From IMG/VR virus record IMGVR_UViG_3300025018_000098, positions 104,875 through 168,874 of that record: a stretch of DNA of 64,000 nucleotides. One strand, given 5' to 3'. Every line of letters starts with the position of its first letter. Positions within the stretch are counted from its first letter, which is position 1. This document shows, piece after piece, positions 9,104-18,218 of the stretch. A program made the position numbers and the translations under genes. A model generated the notes under the pieces. That model was not told the DNA's origin and searched no databases. It saw nothing but the letters and a program-made list of their open reading frames with translations. This DNA comes from a virus.

Positions 9104-10030
9104 TCAGCCATTTTTTATGTCGTCCAGGACGAAGAGCTTGTTCACACGCAGGTTGAACCAGTACGAGTGTGTCATCAGCGTGTGGACAAGGGCCGGGGGA
9201 TAGCGCCGCACGAGCTCGTACTTGCGCATGAACTGGTCCTCGTGGAAGACCATTTGGCTGGCTGTGCCAGTCACGTGGGCCGGGAGCCTGGAGCCGTTGA
9301 GCTGCACGAGTGAGGCGACGCAGAGCATGAGGCTGAACCGCTCAGACGTCAGCCCAATCAGTCGCTTGTCGTCGAGCTCCATCTGGAAGATGATCTTGCG
9401 GATCTCTTCGTTCTCCATGGGCGAGACAGAGCGGAACTTGACGGTCAGCACGTCCTTCTTGATGGGGACCACCTGAGAGAACTCGCCCGTGGCCAGCCCC
9501 TCGCCCAGGTCCAGCGGCGTGACGAGCTTGTCGATGAGCTTCTGCTGCTCGGGGTTGTTGATGAGGTCCTTGTTGCTCCGTCGCAGCATCTGCTCGAGCT
9601 CGAGGTCGTCCATCTGCTCCATGATGGCAGCCATCTTGTTCGGCGACGCCCCCGTAGGGGTCTCATTCTGCGGCGGAACGGCGGTCGGCTGCTGGGTACC
9701 AACCTCCTGCTGCAGCGCAGCAAGGCCTGCCAGCGTCCCCTGGCTCAGAACCCGCTTCGTAGGGTCTGCGGCCTCGCCCCCGATGCCATCAACGGCCTTC
9801 TGCTGCATCGCCAACGAGCCCAGGGTCGTGTTGCCGTCTCGAGCCACCTCATGTTGGGCCGCGGCCCGGTTGAGATCTGGGATGGGTTGCTGCGCCCGGC
9901 GAGCCTCCTCAGCCTGGCGGGCACGTTCAGCTACATCCTGCTTGTACTGAGCTGCAGCTGGATTCTCGACGCCCTTCGGCTGGGGAGGAAACCCTACCGT
10001 CACAGGGCCACTACGCTTGGAGTCGGTCAT
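9104..10030 (-). CDS. Putative tail assembly chaperone (G-like)
   Basis: 308 aa; V-FRSVS..E and terminal IKNG* with an in-frame slippery heptamer. Confidence 0.5.
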   Translation of the reverse strand: MTDSKRSGPVTVGFPPQPKGVENPAAAQYKQDVAERARQAEEARRAQQPIPDLNRAAAQHEVARDGNTTLGSLAMQQKAVDGIGGEAADPTKRVLSQGTLAGLAALQQEVGTQQPTAVPPQNETPTGASPNKMAAIMEQMDDLELEQMLRRSNKDLINNPEQQKLIDKLVTPLDLGEGLATGEFSQVVPIKKDVLTVKFRSVSPMENEEIRKIIFQMELDDKRLIGLTSERFSLMLCVASLVQLNGSRLPAHVTGTASQMVFHEDQFMRKYELVRRYPPALVHTLMTHSYWFNLRVNKLFVLDDIKNG

Positions 10031-10050
10031 GCGTAGTGTTTACAGAACGT

Positions 10051-10455
10051 CTACAGCTTTGTCAACGCATCTCTCGCATCAGCTAGGATTGCGCCCACAT
10101 ATGCAGGCTCCAGGGCCTTTTCCAGCAGGAAAACAGCACTCTCACAGACCGGCCGACTGTCGTTCCAGAGGCGGAAGGCCCCACCGAGGGCTGTGAACGC
10201 CTCGAGGTCGATGCTCTCAGACGACATGCAGCATCCTTCGTACAGCGAGGGAGTGTCTCGAGAGCTCATTTGGCGCAGAACGACCTGTTGGCCGAGATTC
10301 AGGGCCTTGCAGACCACAATCCGCCCGTACAGCTCACTCTCGGCGACGCCCCAGCGGCTGCTCCAGGCCCAGAGGTCCCCAGCTGGGCCCCATATGCTCA
10401 GAGAGCCCGCTCGGGGCTCCAAATGGGCTCTGGAGGGAACTGTGACACTAGCCAT
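10051..10455 (-). CDS. Hypothetical protein
   Basis: ORF overlapping the upstream gene. Confidence 0.5.
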   Translation of the reverse strand: MASVTVPSRAHLEPRAGSLSIWGPAGDLWAWSSRWGVAESELYGRIVVCKALNLGQQVVLRQMSSRDTPSLYEGCCMSSESIDLEAFTALGGAFRLWNDSRPVCESAVFLLEKALEPAYVGAILADARDALTKL

Positions 10456-10735
10456 CGATGACCTCTCGGTGGTCTGCTCGGAACTTGGGCAGGATATCGG
10501 GCTTCGAGGGCGTCTTTTTCCGCGGCTCGAAGCCGCTGCCGCCCCGGAGAAGGCCCTGCTTGAGGATGTGGTGCTGCAGCCAGTTCATGGAGGCGACTTT
10601 GGCCTTGGCCAGCTCCTGATTGATCTCGGCCTCGGCCTTCTCCGCCATCACACCGCAGCTGGGACACAAGAAGAGGCCCACAATCTGGGTCATGGTCGTG
10701 GCCGGGACGTCCTTGGTGCAGCTGAGGCACCTCAC
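10448..10735 (-). CDS. Small zinc-finger protein
   Basis: CLSC...CPSC. Confidence 0.55.
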   Translation of the reverse strand: MRCLSCTKDVPATTMTQIVGLFLCPSCGVMAEKAEAEINQELAKAKVASMNWLQHHILKQGLLRGGSGFEPRKKTPSKPDILPKFRADHREVIDG

Positions 10736-10965
10736 TTGTTGTACCGGAACTCGACGGTCAGCGCTCCCATCCCTGTGGGGACGTGCGTGCTCGTGGTGAA
10801 GGGATCAGCCTCGCTCGTCCTCTGGAAGCCCCGAGTCTGAGAGACATTGATGGGGTCAGCATGTCCTCCCTCGATGGCGTCCGCCAGATTGCGGAGCAAG
10901 GTCACCGACAACTCGCGTGCCCGGGCATCTACTACGTGTTCTGCGTTCTTACTTGGCTTAGACAT
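10732..10965 (-). CDS. Hypothetical protein
   Basis: Start MSKPS after AGGAG. Confidence 0.55.
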   Translation of the reverse strand: MSKPSKNAEHVVDARARELSVTLLRNLADAIEGGHADPINVSQTRGFQRTSEADPFTTSTHVPTGMGALTVEFRYNK

Positions 10966-10980
10966 ATCAACTCCTATGGC

Positions 10981-11108
10981 AAAAAAGACCAGGCACTGTG
11001 AGAGGTTGTTTGAGGGAACAAACTGCTGAAGGGTGCACCTCTCATAGTGCCTGGGCCCGGGCCACATCGACCCATCCACGAACCAAGGTTCGCACCGAAG
11101 ACAGAGTG
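10981..11108 (-). ncRNA. Candidate structured RNA / terminator with CU-rich loops
   Basis: 18-bp stem (10989-11006 with 11037-11054, one mismatch on minus) enclosing two small hairpins with ACCCUUCA and UUCCCU loops, followed by U6. Confidence 0.5.
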
Positions 11109-11579
11109 TTACCCGAGACGAGTACCGCTGTCCACAAAATCCAGTAGACGATCTTTGGCCACCTCCCACGGAACTACATAGGAGGTGGCTGCGAAGAGCC
11201 CGGCCTGGTCGAAGTAGTTGAACCCTGCCTCGTCGAGAAGCTCACGCAGCACAACTGTCTGCTCGTTCGCTGGGTAGTCGTGTGGCTGGTACCCGGCGTA
11301 GACCATCCCGAGCCAGGTGTTGAAGCTGTACCTCATCTCGTCCTCGACCTCGAGGCAGTGGGTGTACCCCGCCAGCGTCCGCATGGGGACGGCGATGCCG
11401 TTGCCGTCTCGAGAGCCGAACTCGGAGCACTCGGTATCTATGATCTCGATGACGTCGATGACCAGCGACATCTGCCGGCTGCCCATGGTGGCCTGCACAC
11501 CGTCTTGGAACTCTTGTCTCTCCAGCATGTACCTGTTGGGCTTGAACAGAGACGCCTGTTTACGTTTACGTAGCTGCAT
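11109..11579 (-). CDS. Hypothetical protein
   Basis: Single gene behind promoter motif 11598-11607 and AAGGAG SD. Confidence 0.7.
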   Translation of the reverse strand: MQLRKRKQASLFKPNRYMLERQEFQDGVQATMGSRQMSLVIDVIEIIDTECSEFGSRDGNGIAVPMRTLAGYTHCLEVEDEMRYSFNTWLGMVYAGYQPHDYPANEQTVVLRELLDEAGFNYFDQAGLFAATSYVVPWEVAKDRLLDFVDSGTRLG

Positions 11580-11597
11580 GGTGTTCTCCTTCTACCT

Positions 11598-11640
11598 TGC
11601 TTATAGGCGGAAAGAGAAAGAACTCCCACCGAAGTGGGAG
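11598..11640 (-). terminator. cUUCGg terminator hairpin followed by a promoter motif
   Basis: Minus strand reads CTCCCAC-TTCG-GTGGGAG TTCTTTCTCTTT, then CCTATAAGCA. Confidence 0.7.
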
Positions 11641-11650
11641 CCTCTCGTCG

Positions 11651-11944
11651 CTAGCCTCGCTTCTGCGGGCTCAACAGCTCCCGCAGCGCTACCAAGGCCT
11701 GGGGCATAAGGGGCATTGAACCGACAACACCATCCCTGCCGATGTAAATCGCCCCATCATCCTCGTCCATCTCGAGCTCGAGGTCTCCCAGCGTGGCTGC
11801 GAGGGGGCCAGACAGCGTGAGGTACTCATATGTGGCGTCCAACCACTTGGCCTCCTCCGGCGTCAGCACCAGCAGCTCACCATACTTGTAGACGGTGGCC
11901 TTCTCGAACGTGATGCCTTCTGCCTTGTTTTTCTTCTCGGTCAT
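11651..11944 (-). CDS. Hypothetical protein (LT..EA.W paralog family)
   Basis: LVLTPEEAKWL...LGDLELEM. Confidence 0.6.
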   Translation of the reverse strand: MTEKKNKAEGITFEKATVYKYGELLVLTPEEAKWLDATYEYLTLSGPLAATLGDLELEMDEDDGAIYIGRDGVVGSMPLMPQALVALRELLSPQKRG

Positions 11945-12273
11945 TCTTTCAGTCTCACTTCCAGGTTGTTGATGTGGCTCAGTTGTAGGTGGATCTCACT
12001 GCCGCGGCTCTTCCGCTCGAGGCTTACTCGCTCCCCGTCCTCGAACATGCAGAGTTCGAGGTCTCCAACACAGATGATCTCGTACACAGCGACGGCACGC
12101 ATGAGGCGAACTGTGGCCACCACCCAGACGGCCTCTTCTTCTGTGAGACAGAACTCCCGGATGCGGTACTCCATACATGCAACCTTAGTGAAGACATGCC
12201 CGAGAGGTACTAGCCGCTCGTCGATGGCTTCCGCTACTTCCCGCGCCTCTGCCTCCTCTGTGTCATAGCTCAT
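11941..12273 (-). CDS. Hypothetical protein (tandem paralog of 11651-11944)
   Basis: FCLTEEEAVWV...VGDLELCM. Confidence 0.6.
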   Translation of the reverse strand: MSYDTEEAEAREVAEAIDERLVPLGHVFTKVACMEYRIREFCLTEEEAVWVVATVRLMRAVAVYEIICVGDLELCMFEDGERVSLERKSRGSEIHLQLSHINNLEVRLKE

Positions 12274-12506
12274 GGTTCCCTGCTTTCATGTGCGCGATGC
12301 GCTTCTGCATGACCGTCACCTTGCGGTAGCGGTCGGTGAAGGACTTGTGCTTGCGCAGGACGGTTGTGTCCCCCGCCGCGGAGCACGGTGTCGAACAGGA
12401 CACCCAAGGTGTGGACCTGCTCTTCGGTAAAGGATTGGGACGCATGGGGCTTCTTGTTCTTGGTGCCCCATTTGTTCTCAGGCTTCGTATCTGTTGTGTC
12501 GTCCAT
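12263..12506 (-). pseudogene. Small gene with apparent +1 frameshift at a G5 run
   Basis: MDDTT...VLRGG joins DTTVLRKHK... if one G at 12370-12374 is removed. Confidence 0.45.
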
Positions 12507-12874
12507 GTCAGGTTCCAGGTAGTTGGAGGAGCTCCTCGGGGAGGGTGCATACACTGTGACTCCGCCAGCTGTCACGCTCCCAGAAGAAGTTCACCTTGTC
12601 GAAGGGTGAGCCGAGCTTGTACATCGCCGAGAAGATAATCTCCTTGGCCCGCTCCTGCTCAGCCAAGTAGGCCATCTTCGCCTGGTACACGACGTCGTCT
12701 CGGTAGGTACCCAGGAAGTGAGACACGCTTCTGCTAGTCCCCACCTGCCCGTAGTTCTGCTGGAGCCCGCTACGCACCACCCGGTGCGTACCGTCGAACT
12801 TCTCCCACGCCGTCAGGATGCTCCCGAAGGTGATGTCCCCGTACCTGAAGGGCTCCCCAAGGATGTAGATGTGG

Positions 12875-13271
12875 TCAATCTGCATCAGGCACCTTGAGAG
12901 AGTAGCTCGCAGCCACCGACCGGAGTTTCCTAGCTAGTGTCTCCCGGCAAGATTTCTCCGTGCGTTCCATATCGGAGCCCATCCAGAGTGCCGCCTTATA
13001 CCACTCTGCCGCCACACTATCGTGAGCCTGCTGAAGGCCTCGCAGCAGTCCCGCCTGCTCGGGTATGCCCAATAGGCGTTCAGCGAACCAGGCTGCGTGC
13101 TTCTTCTCATAGTTCTCATGGTAATCCTCATCCGGGATGAACAGCCCAATGGCACACTTGGCTCCATCATCTCCACGGAGACGGCACCACCCCCCACGAC
13201 GTAACGCTGTACGGGCTCTTCTTCACGATGAAGTGATCCCAGACCTTGTCGAACATCTCCTGGGGCGTCAT
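12875..13271 (-). pseudogene. Paralog of 16029-16397 with +1 frameshift at a G6 run
   Basis: MTPQEMFDKVWDHFIV... continues WCRLRGDDGAKCAIGLFI...LQQAHD if one G at 13190-13195 is removed. Confidence 0.7.
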
Positions 13272-13735
13272 CAGCACCACGACCCGGTCAAGATGGTGGG
13301 CTCCGTGGTCTGCTCCAGAACCTCCCGGAACGTGGACAAGCCTCCCTTATCGTTGCGTAGCACGTAGGTGTTGAGTTCTGCTTCTGTGGCTGCTCGGGTG
13401 ACGGTGTCTTCCCGCAACTCGGGCTCCGTCACATCCGTGTGGTGTAGCTCCACCGCCTCGCAGGATGTCCTGGCGATGACCCAAGATGACTCATCAGTGC
13501 TCGGCTCGCACACAAGCCACAGGGCCAGGGGTGTGGGCACCTCCTCCAACTCGACCTCGTCGTTGACTAGTTCATCCACCGCCCCGAAGATCTTATGATC
13601 CAAGACCTTGAAGTTGCCCTCGAAAGGGGTCTTCTGCTCTACCAACAGGCTGAACAACGCTTCTTCTAGTGTCTCGGCAGCCACAATCGTGGTGCCTTCT
13701 GCGGTGTACATCATCTCAATCTTCCACTTCTTCAT
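13271..13735 (-). CDS. Hypothetical protein
   Basis: C-terminal domain resembles that of 17538-18218. Confidence 0.6.
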   Translation of the reverse strand: MKKWKIEMMYTAEGTTIVAAETLEEALFSLLVEQKTPFEGNFKVLDHKIFGAVDELVNDEVELEEVPTPLALWLVCEPSTDESSWVIARTSCEAVELHHTDVTEPELREDTVTRAATEAELNTYVLRNDKGGLSTFREVLEQTTEPTILTGSWC

Positions 13736-14393
13736 GTCTTCCTCGCTGTCTTGGTTGGCTCGAGGTTGGGCACCCCGTGTTGTGCATACTCGAGAGTGGG
13801 AAGCACAACCAAAACGGCCAGCATGAAGCCAGCCGCCAAGGTGCCCACCACCACCACCATCAAGATGTTGTCGAAGGCCTTAGTCACAGATGTTGCCTGT
13901 CTGGGCATCGATGATGCTCAAGTCCTTGGGTGGGGCTAGTTCAACAGGCTCCACCGAGTGAGGCAAGGGCAGGTGGACGATCACGAACCGATGCAGGCAA
14001 GGCCGCAGTGACTCGAGGTAGTCCGTCATGTCCTCGTAGGTCTCGAAGTCCTTGTTCCACCAAGGGCCCTTGGGGCGCTCGAGAGGCACCCCCTTGAACC
14101 AGTAGTGGAGCCGCCAATGGTTGTTCACGTAGTTGCGCATTACAGACGTTCCTTGTTGCAGTTTGGACAGACCCACCCGTAGCGGGTACTTGAGTACTTC
14201 CATCCGTTCTCCTCCAGCTCCTTGTCCGAGAGGGTGAAGAAGGTGAGAGTGCTTGGTACACGCTCCACGAGGATTGCTCCAGGGCTTGCGTCGTAATCAG
14301 GCTCGAGAGTGGCCGTGAGCTTGAGCTTCCTCTTGCATCGGCCCGAGCTTGGGGTCCCGGCACACTGGAACTTGACCTTGAATGTTACGGTGT

Positions 14394-14936
14394 TCATCGA
14401 ACCACCACTTCCGTCATTATTTCCCACGCTGGGTTTAAGGGCTCCGGGACTCTGTCCCCAGGCAAGTACAAGGGGTGCCCAGGGAATCCCTCCTTGGTCG
14501 CGCCCAACGTTTCGACCGGGAGGACATCTGACGCATCCTTGATCATACGGAAGACATTGTCCGCACGGTTTATGCCTCTGCACACCTTTGCGGCATTGGA
14601 ACCCCATCCGCAGATGACTCGGTCACAGTCGTCCAGAGCTGCCTTGATGAACGCGTCTGCTCTCGGCCCGACCACGTCTATGTCCTTGTACGATGCCTTG
14701 ATGAGGTCCTTAGGGCATGTGGCCCGCCAAGCAAAGAGGTTGACTACCTTCAGTCGATCATACCCCCACAGCTTCGAGTACTTTGTGATCTTGCGGATGG
14801 TGGCGTCGTCTTCCTCCCCATCCGCCGTGCTGGGGTTCAGCATGATCCACAGGATCCCAGTACCATAGACGTCTCCCCACTCTCAGCTGAGCTCATACCG
14901 GTACTGACCTTCGATGTACGCAGACTTCTGCGTCAC
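14394..14936 (-). pseudogene. DUF1643 family protein with in-frame TGA
   Basis: GTG start, YRYELS*EW...WIMLNPSTADGEEDDATIRK...VNLFAWRAT.P...WG...HPLY; TGA at 14883-14885. Confidence 0.75.
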
Positions 14937-15216
14937 GACTCCGCCGCCTTGTCTGCCCAGTACTTCTGCTCGGCAGCGTTCATGGCCTCGATGAGGATGC
15001 CCAGGGGCGTCTCAGACTGGGCTGCTCCGTACAGGAAGGCGACTGCCCTCCCGAGGTCATGGCCCATGCTGATGGAGGCCTCTCGGCTGTTGAAGTGCTT
15101 GCCCTTGATGTGTGCGATCACGACCTTGCCCGCACGTAGGAGGGTCTCATTGCCTCCGTCCTTGACGTCCATGCCGATCTTGCGTGTCCAGCTCGTGATG
15201 TTGTGCGACCACGGTG

Positions 15217-15729
15217 TCATGACTTCTCTCCTTCCTGCATCTGCCTCTCGGCCCGCTCGGTGCGTTGCTGCTGCAGATTCTTCAGGACGTCCTCGTCCCA
15301 CGTGTTGATGGTGTACCAGCCTTCAGCGGTCACGAGACAGGCCCCGCCGCCGAAGACATCCGGCACAGCGGACCCGGCACCCTGGGACCAGGTGAAGAGG
15401 ATCGTACGCTCTGGGTTGTTCTCCCGGAGGAACACGGACAACCATGAGGCCGTCGATGCGATCTCTCCTTCTTGGGTCTGACTCGGGTCTGCATAGAGAT
15501 GCACGGCCCCGTCCTCGAGGCGCATCTCAGGCACCCAGAGGTAGCAGCTGTCCTTGTGGAAGTTCTTCTCGATGAGCTCCGTCTGACGCCCCTCGATGAT
15601 GCCCGTGTCCTCCGACGTGCTGATCAGTTCGATCAGCTCTCCCAGCTCTTCGTAGGAGGTCTTCAACCACCTCCGCTCTTTCGGTGTCAGTTCCAGGATG
15701 AATGAGAAGTGTGTGTAGTACTCTTGCAT
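15217..15729 (-). CDS. Hypothetical protein (paralog of 25898-26389)
   Basis: YYTHFSFILELTPKERRWL...DVFGGGACLV; behind promoter motif 15746-15755. Confidence 0.7.
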   Translation of the reverse strand: MQEYYTHFSFILELTPKERRWLKTSYEELGELIELISTSEDTGIIEGRQTELIEKNFHKDSCYLWVPEMRLEDGAVHLYADPSQTQEGEIASTASWLSVFLRENNPERTILFTWSQGAGSAVPDVFGGGACLVTAEGWYTINTWDEDVLKNLQQQRTERAERQMQEGEKS

Positions 15730-16028
15730 ATGCTCCCTTTCACACTGCTTATAGGAAAAGAGAAGACCATCTTGGTCCTCTCTCCAGGCGTCACTTCCGC
15801 CTGTTCTTCTGTTTGCTGCGTCGAGCCGTCTTGGAGCGGCTCTTCTGCTTGGGGGTCTTGTATTGCTTCTGCTCAGTAGGCCCGTCGAGTACAGCAAGTG
15901 CTCTTGCTACATCCAGTTTAGGCTTCGAGCGCACACCACCTCGCGATATCTCACGATCAAGCAGACGCTGCGCAGCGAGCCGGATCTCGAGCTCGCTATA
16001 ATCCCTGTTCAACAGGCTGTCTTCGGGC

Positions 16029-16397
16029 TCAGTCACTGGGCACCTGAAGCCCATGGTCCTGCGCCACGTCCACAAGTAGCTCCCGGAACACGTCTCCACG
16101 CCTAGATAGCGCGCAGATGTCGTGCGCCTGTTGGAGTTCGTACAGCAGGTTTTCGTGGTCCTCGCACCCAGGCTCGAGTGCCCCAAGTAACTCATCTGTG
16201 TGCTCTCCAAGGCCAACTCCCTCAAAGAGTGGGTCGTAGTTGTCGTCAGAGATGAAGAGGCCAACGGCACACCTGACCCGAACCCCATTGTGTGTCCCCA
16301 CGCCCCGGTAGGCGCACTTCCGCCCGTTCAAGCTGAATGGGGCCCCACCCACGATGAAGTGTTGCCACACCCTGTCGAAGATCTCTTGTTCGGTCAT
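16029..16397 (-). CDS. Hypothetical protein (C-YR...CAVG...LQ-AHD family)
   Basis: MTEQEIFDRVWQHF...CAYR...CAVGLFISDDNY...LQQAHD. Confidence 0.7.
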   Translation of the reverse strand: MTEQEIFDRVWQHFIVGGAPFSLNGRKCAYRGVGTHNGVRVRCAVGLFISDDNYDPLFEGVGLGEHTDELLGALEPGCEDHENLLYELQQAHDICALSRRGDVFRELLVDVAQDHGLQVPSD

Positions 16398-16668
16398 CGC
16401 TTGTCCTCTCGAGCCATAAGGCCCTCCGACACGTAGATCCCCACCTCTTTGGTGACGTCCCCGTGCAGTGGGCATTGCTTCTGTTCTGCTCGCCCCACGA
16501 AGTGGGTGCATCGCCCTGCTGCCTTGCCGTCTCCCGTCACCGTGATGATAGGGCAGTTGTTCGGCATCCAGGGCTTTGGCCTATCCAGTTTGTTCATACT
16601 ACTTCTCCTTCACCTTGCTTATAGCAAAGAGAAGACCATCTTTTGTGGCCTTCTCCCGTCTCTACCGT

Positions 16669-17032
16669 CTACTGGGGGATTTGTAGATCCTCGTTCTTCG
16701 CGATCCTCTTGAGGCCCGCCTTTAGCTTCGAGTGACGCTCCCTCACAGAAGCATCATCGTGAGCTGTCTGGAGTACCGTGAGTAGCTCCACGTGGTCTCG
16801 AGCATCTGGCTCCACACAGGCGAGTATCGCCGCACGGGCATCCTCGTACACCAGTGCGGTCTGCTCAATCTCCGGATCGTAGAGCTCATCTGAGATGAAG
16901 ATCCCGATGGCACACCGAGACCCATCCGGGCATCGGTACCTGCACATCTCGTGCTCTCCGCTGTAGCTGAGTGGGGCGTTGTTCACGATGAAGTGATCCC
17001 CAGACCCGATTGAACACGTCTTGCTCGGTCAC
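16669..17032 (-). pseudogene. Paralog of 16029-16397 with +1 frameshift at a G4 run
   Basis: VTEQDVFNRVW joins DHFIVNNAP...CRYR...CAIGIFISD...LQTAHD if one G at 16998-17001 is removed. Confidence 0.7.
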
Positions 17033-17319
17033 GCCGTCTCCCCAATCGCCGAGGCTAGAGTGTCAATGTCGTCCTCGGTGAACAGGATTCGTGTCCCGTC
17101 CGGGAAGGTGATGGTGTACGTGTCGCTCAGCTCAGTGGCCCTGGAGCACTCCACGAGCACCTCCCGGAACGTTGCACACTCGCCCGGGAACAACTGGTTA
17201 GACGCCATCTCGACGATCCACTTGGCATCCCGGTACTCCAGCTGGTGCTTGTTGTTGATCACCACTCGGGTGATGGTCTCCATGGTGTTGACACACTCGG
17301 TCTTGTTCTTGTCAGTCAT
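17029..17319 (-). CDS. Hypothetical protein (paralog of the C-terminal half of 20563-21126)
   Basis: ITRVVIN...AKWIVEMA...PGE...LFTEDDI matches VTRVEID...IRWLVDMA...PGE...MLTEDHI. Confidence 0.65.
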   Translation of the reverse strand: MTDKNKTECVNTMETITRVVINNKHQLEYRDAKWIVEMASNQLFPGECATFREVLVECSRATELSDTYTITFPDGTRILFTEDDIDTLASAIGETA

Positions 17320-17537
17320 CGATGTCTCCTTGTTCTTGTTTCAGTGTGATGATGAAGCAGTCCGACCGAAGTAGGGACTCCCTCTCACCTTCGTCATCGC
17401 GCACCCAGACACGTACCCCGCCATCGTCGGGGCCCTCCAGGGTGTACTTGCTGTACCCGTAGAAGTTCCTGCACCAGACAGTAGCGCCTGAGTGCTCCAT
17501 GTCTTGGATCGGGCGGACCTGGACTCGCTTCAAGATG

Positions 17538-18218
17538 TCATGGTCGGTCATGGACGATGGAACTCCCGAGGTAGGTGGGCGTGGCAAGCCACTCCGGATG
17601 GGCTTCAAGGACCTCAGCCAGGTTACTGGTGGCGCGTCCTTCTTCGTCATCTGCCCAAGGTAGTTCGCTCGGATCCTCTACGAGGATGACGTCCCTCTCC
17701 GTGAAGGGGTCATCCTCGTAGACCTCCCACTCATGCATCTGGTTCATGGTCTCTACCGCCTGTTCCCAGGTTGCTGCAGTGACCCAGAAGAGCCCACCCC
17801 CGGCGTCGAGCTGCCACACTTGGAGTTGGACCACCTCTTCGTCCTCGAGGGTATCCGGCTGCTCACTGAGCAGGACCTTGAGCTCGCCGGGCTCCCAGTC
17901 CTCGCCACAGAAGGGACAGTAGTTGATGAAGCAGTACTGATCCTTCCCCTTCCCGCCGCGGTAGGCGATGCCGTACAGGTACTCCTTGTGCTCACCCTTC
18001 TTGAACTCCTCCATGTTGACCCGGAGGACGGCGTGCAGACCCTTCCCAGTCCCGTTCGCAGGACCAAGCATCCGGGTCATCGTCGGGCAGGTGTGGTTCT
18101 CCCATGGGCGGCACCACTCCACCCTCCCCTTCTCGACTAACTTCTGGGCTAGCTCCTGTAGGCGTTCCATAGGCCCAATCATCTCCAAAGACTGATTCTT
18201 CTCGTTCGTTGACGTCAT
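17538..18218 (-). CDS. Hypothetical protein with INYCPFCG zinc motif
   Basis: ORF with AAGGAG SD behind a variant promoter motif. Confidence 0.65.
   Translation of the reverse strand: MTSTNEKNQSLEMIGPMERLQELAQKLVEKGRVEWCRPWENHTCPTMTRMLGPANGTGKGLHAVLRVNMEEFKKGEHKEYLYGIAYRGGKGKDQYCFINYCPFCGEDWEPGELKVLLSEQPDTLEDEEVVQLQVWQLDAGGGLFWVTAATWEQAVETMNQMHEWEVYEDDPFTERDVILVEDPSELPWADDEEGRATSNLAEVLEAHPEWLATPTYLGSSIVHDRP

Noticed and set aside
14883-14885. Alternative genetic code (TGA recoding)
   Set aside because: TGA terminates many genes with ATGA/TGATG overlaps, and only one in-frame case was seen
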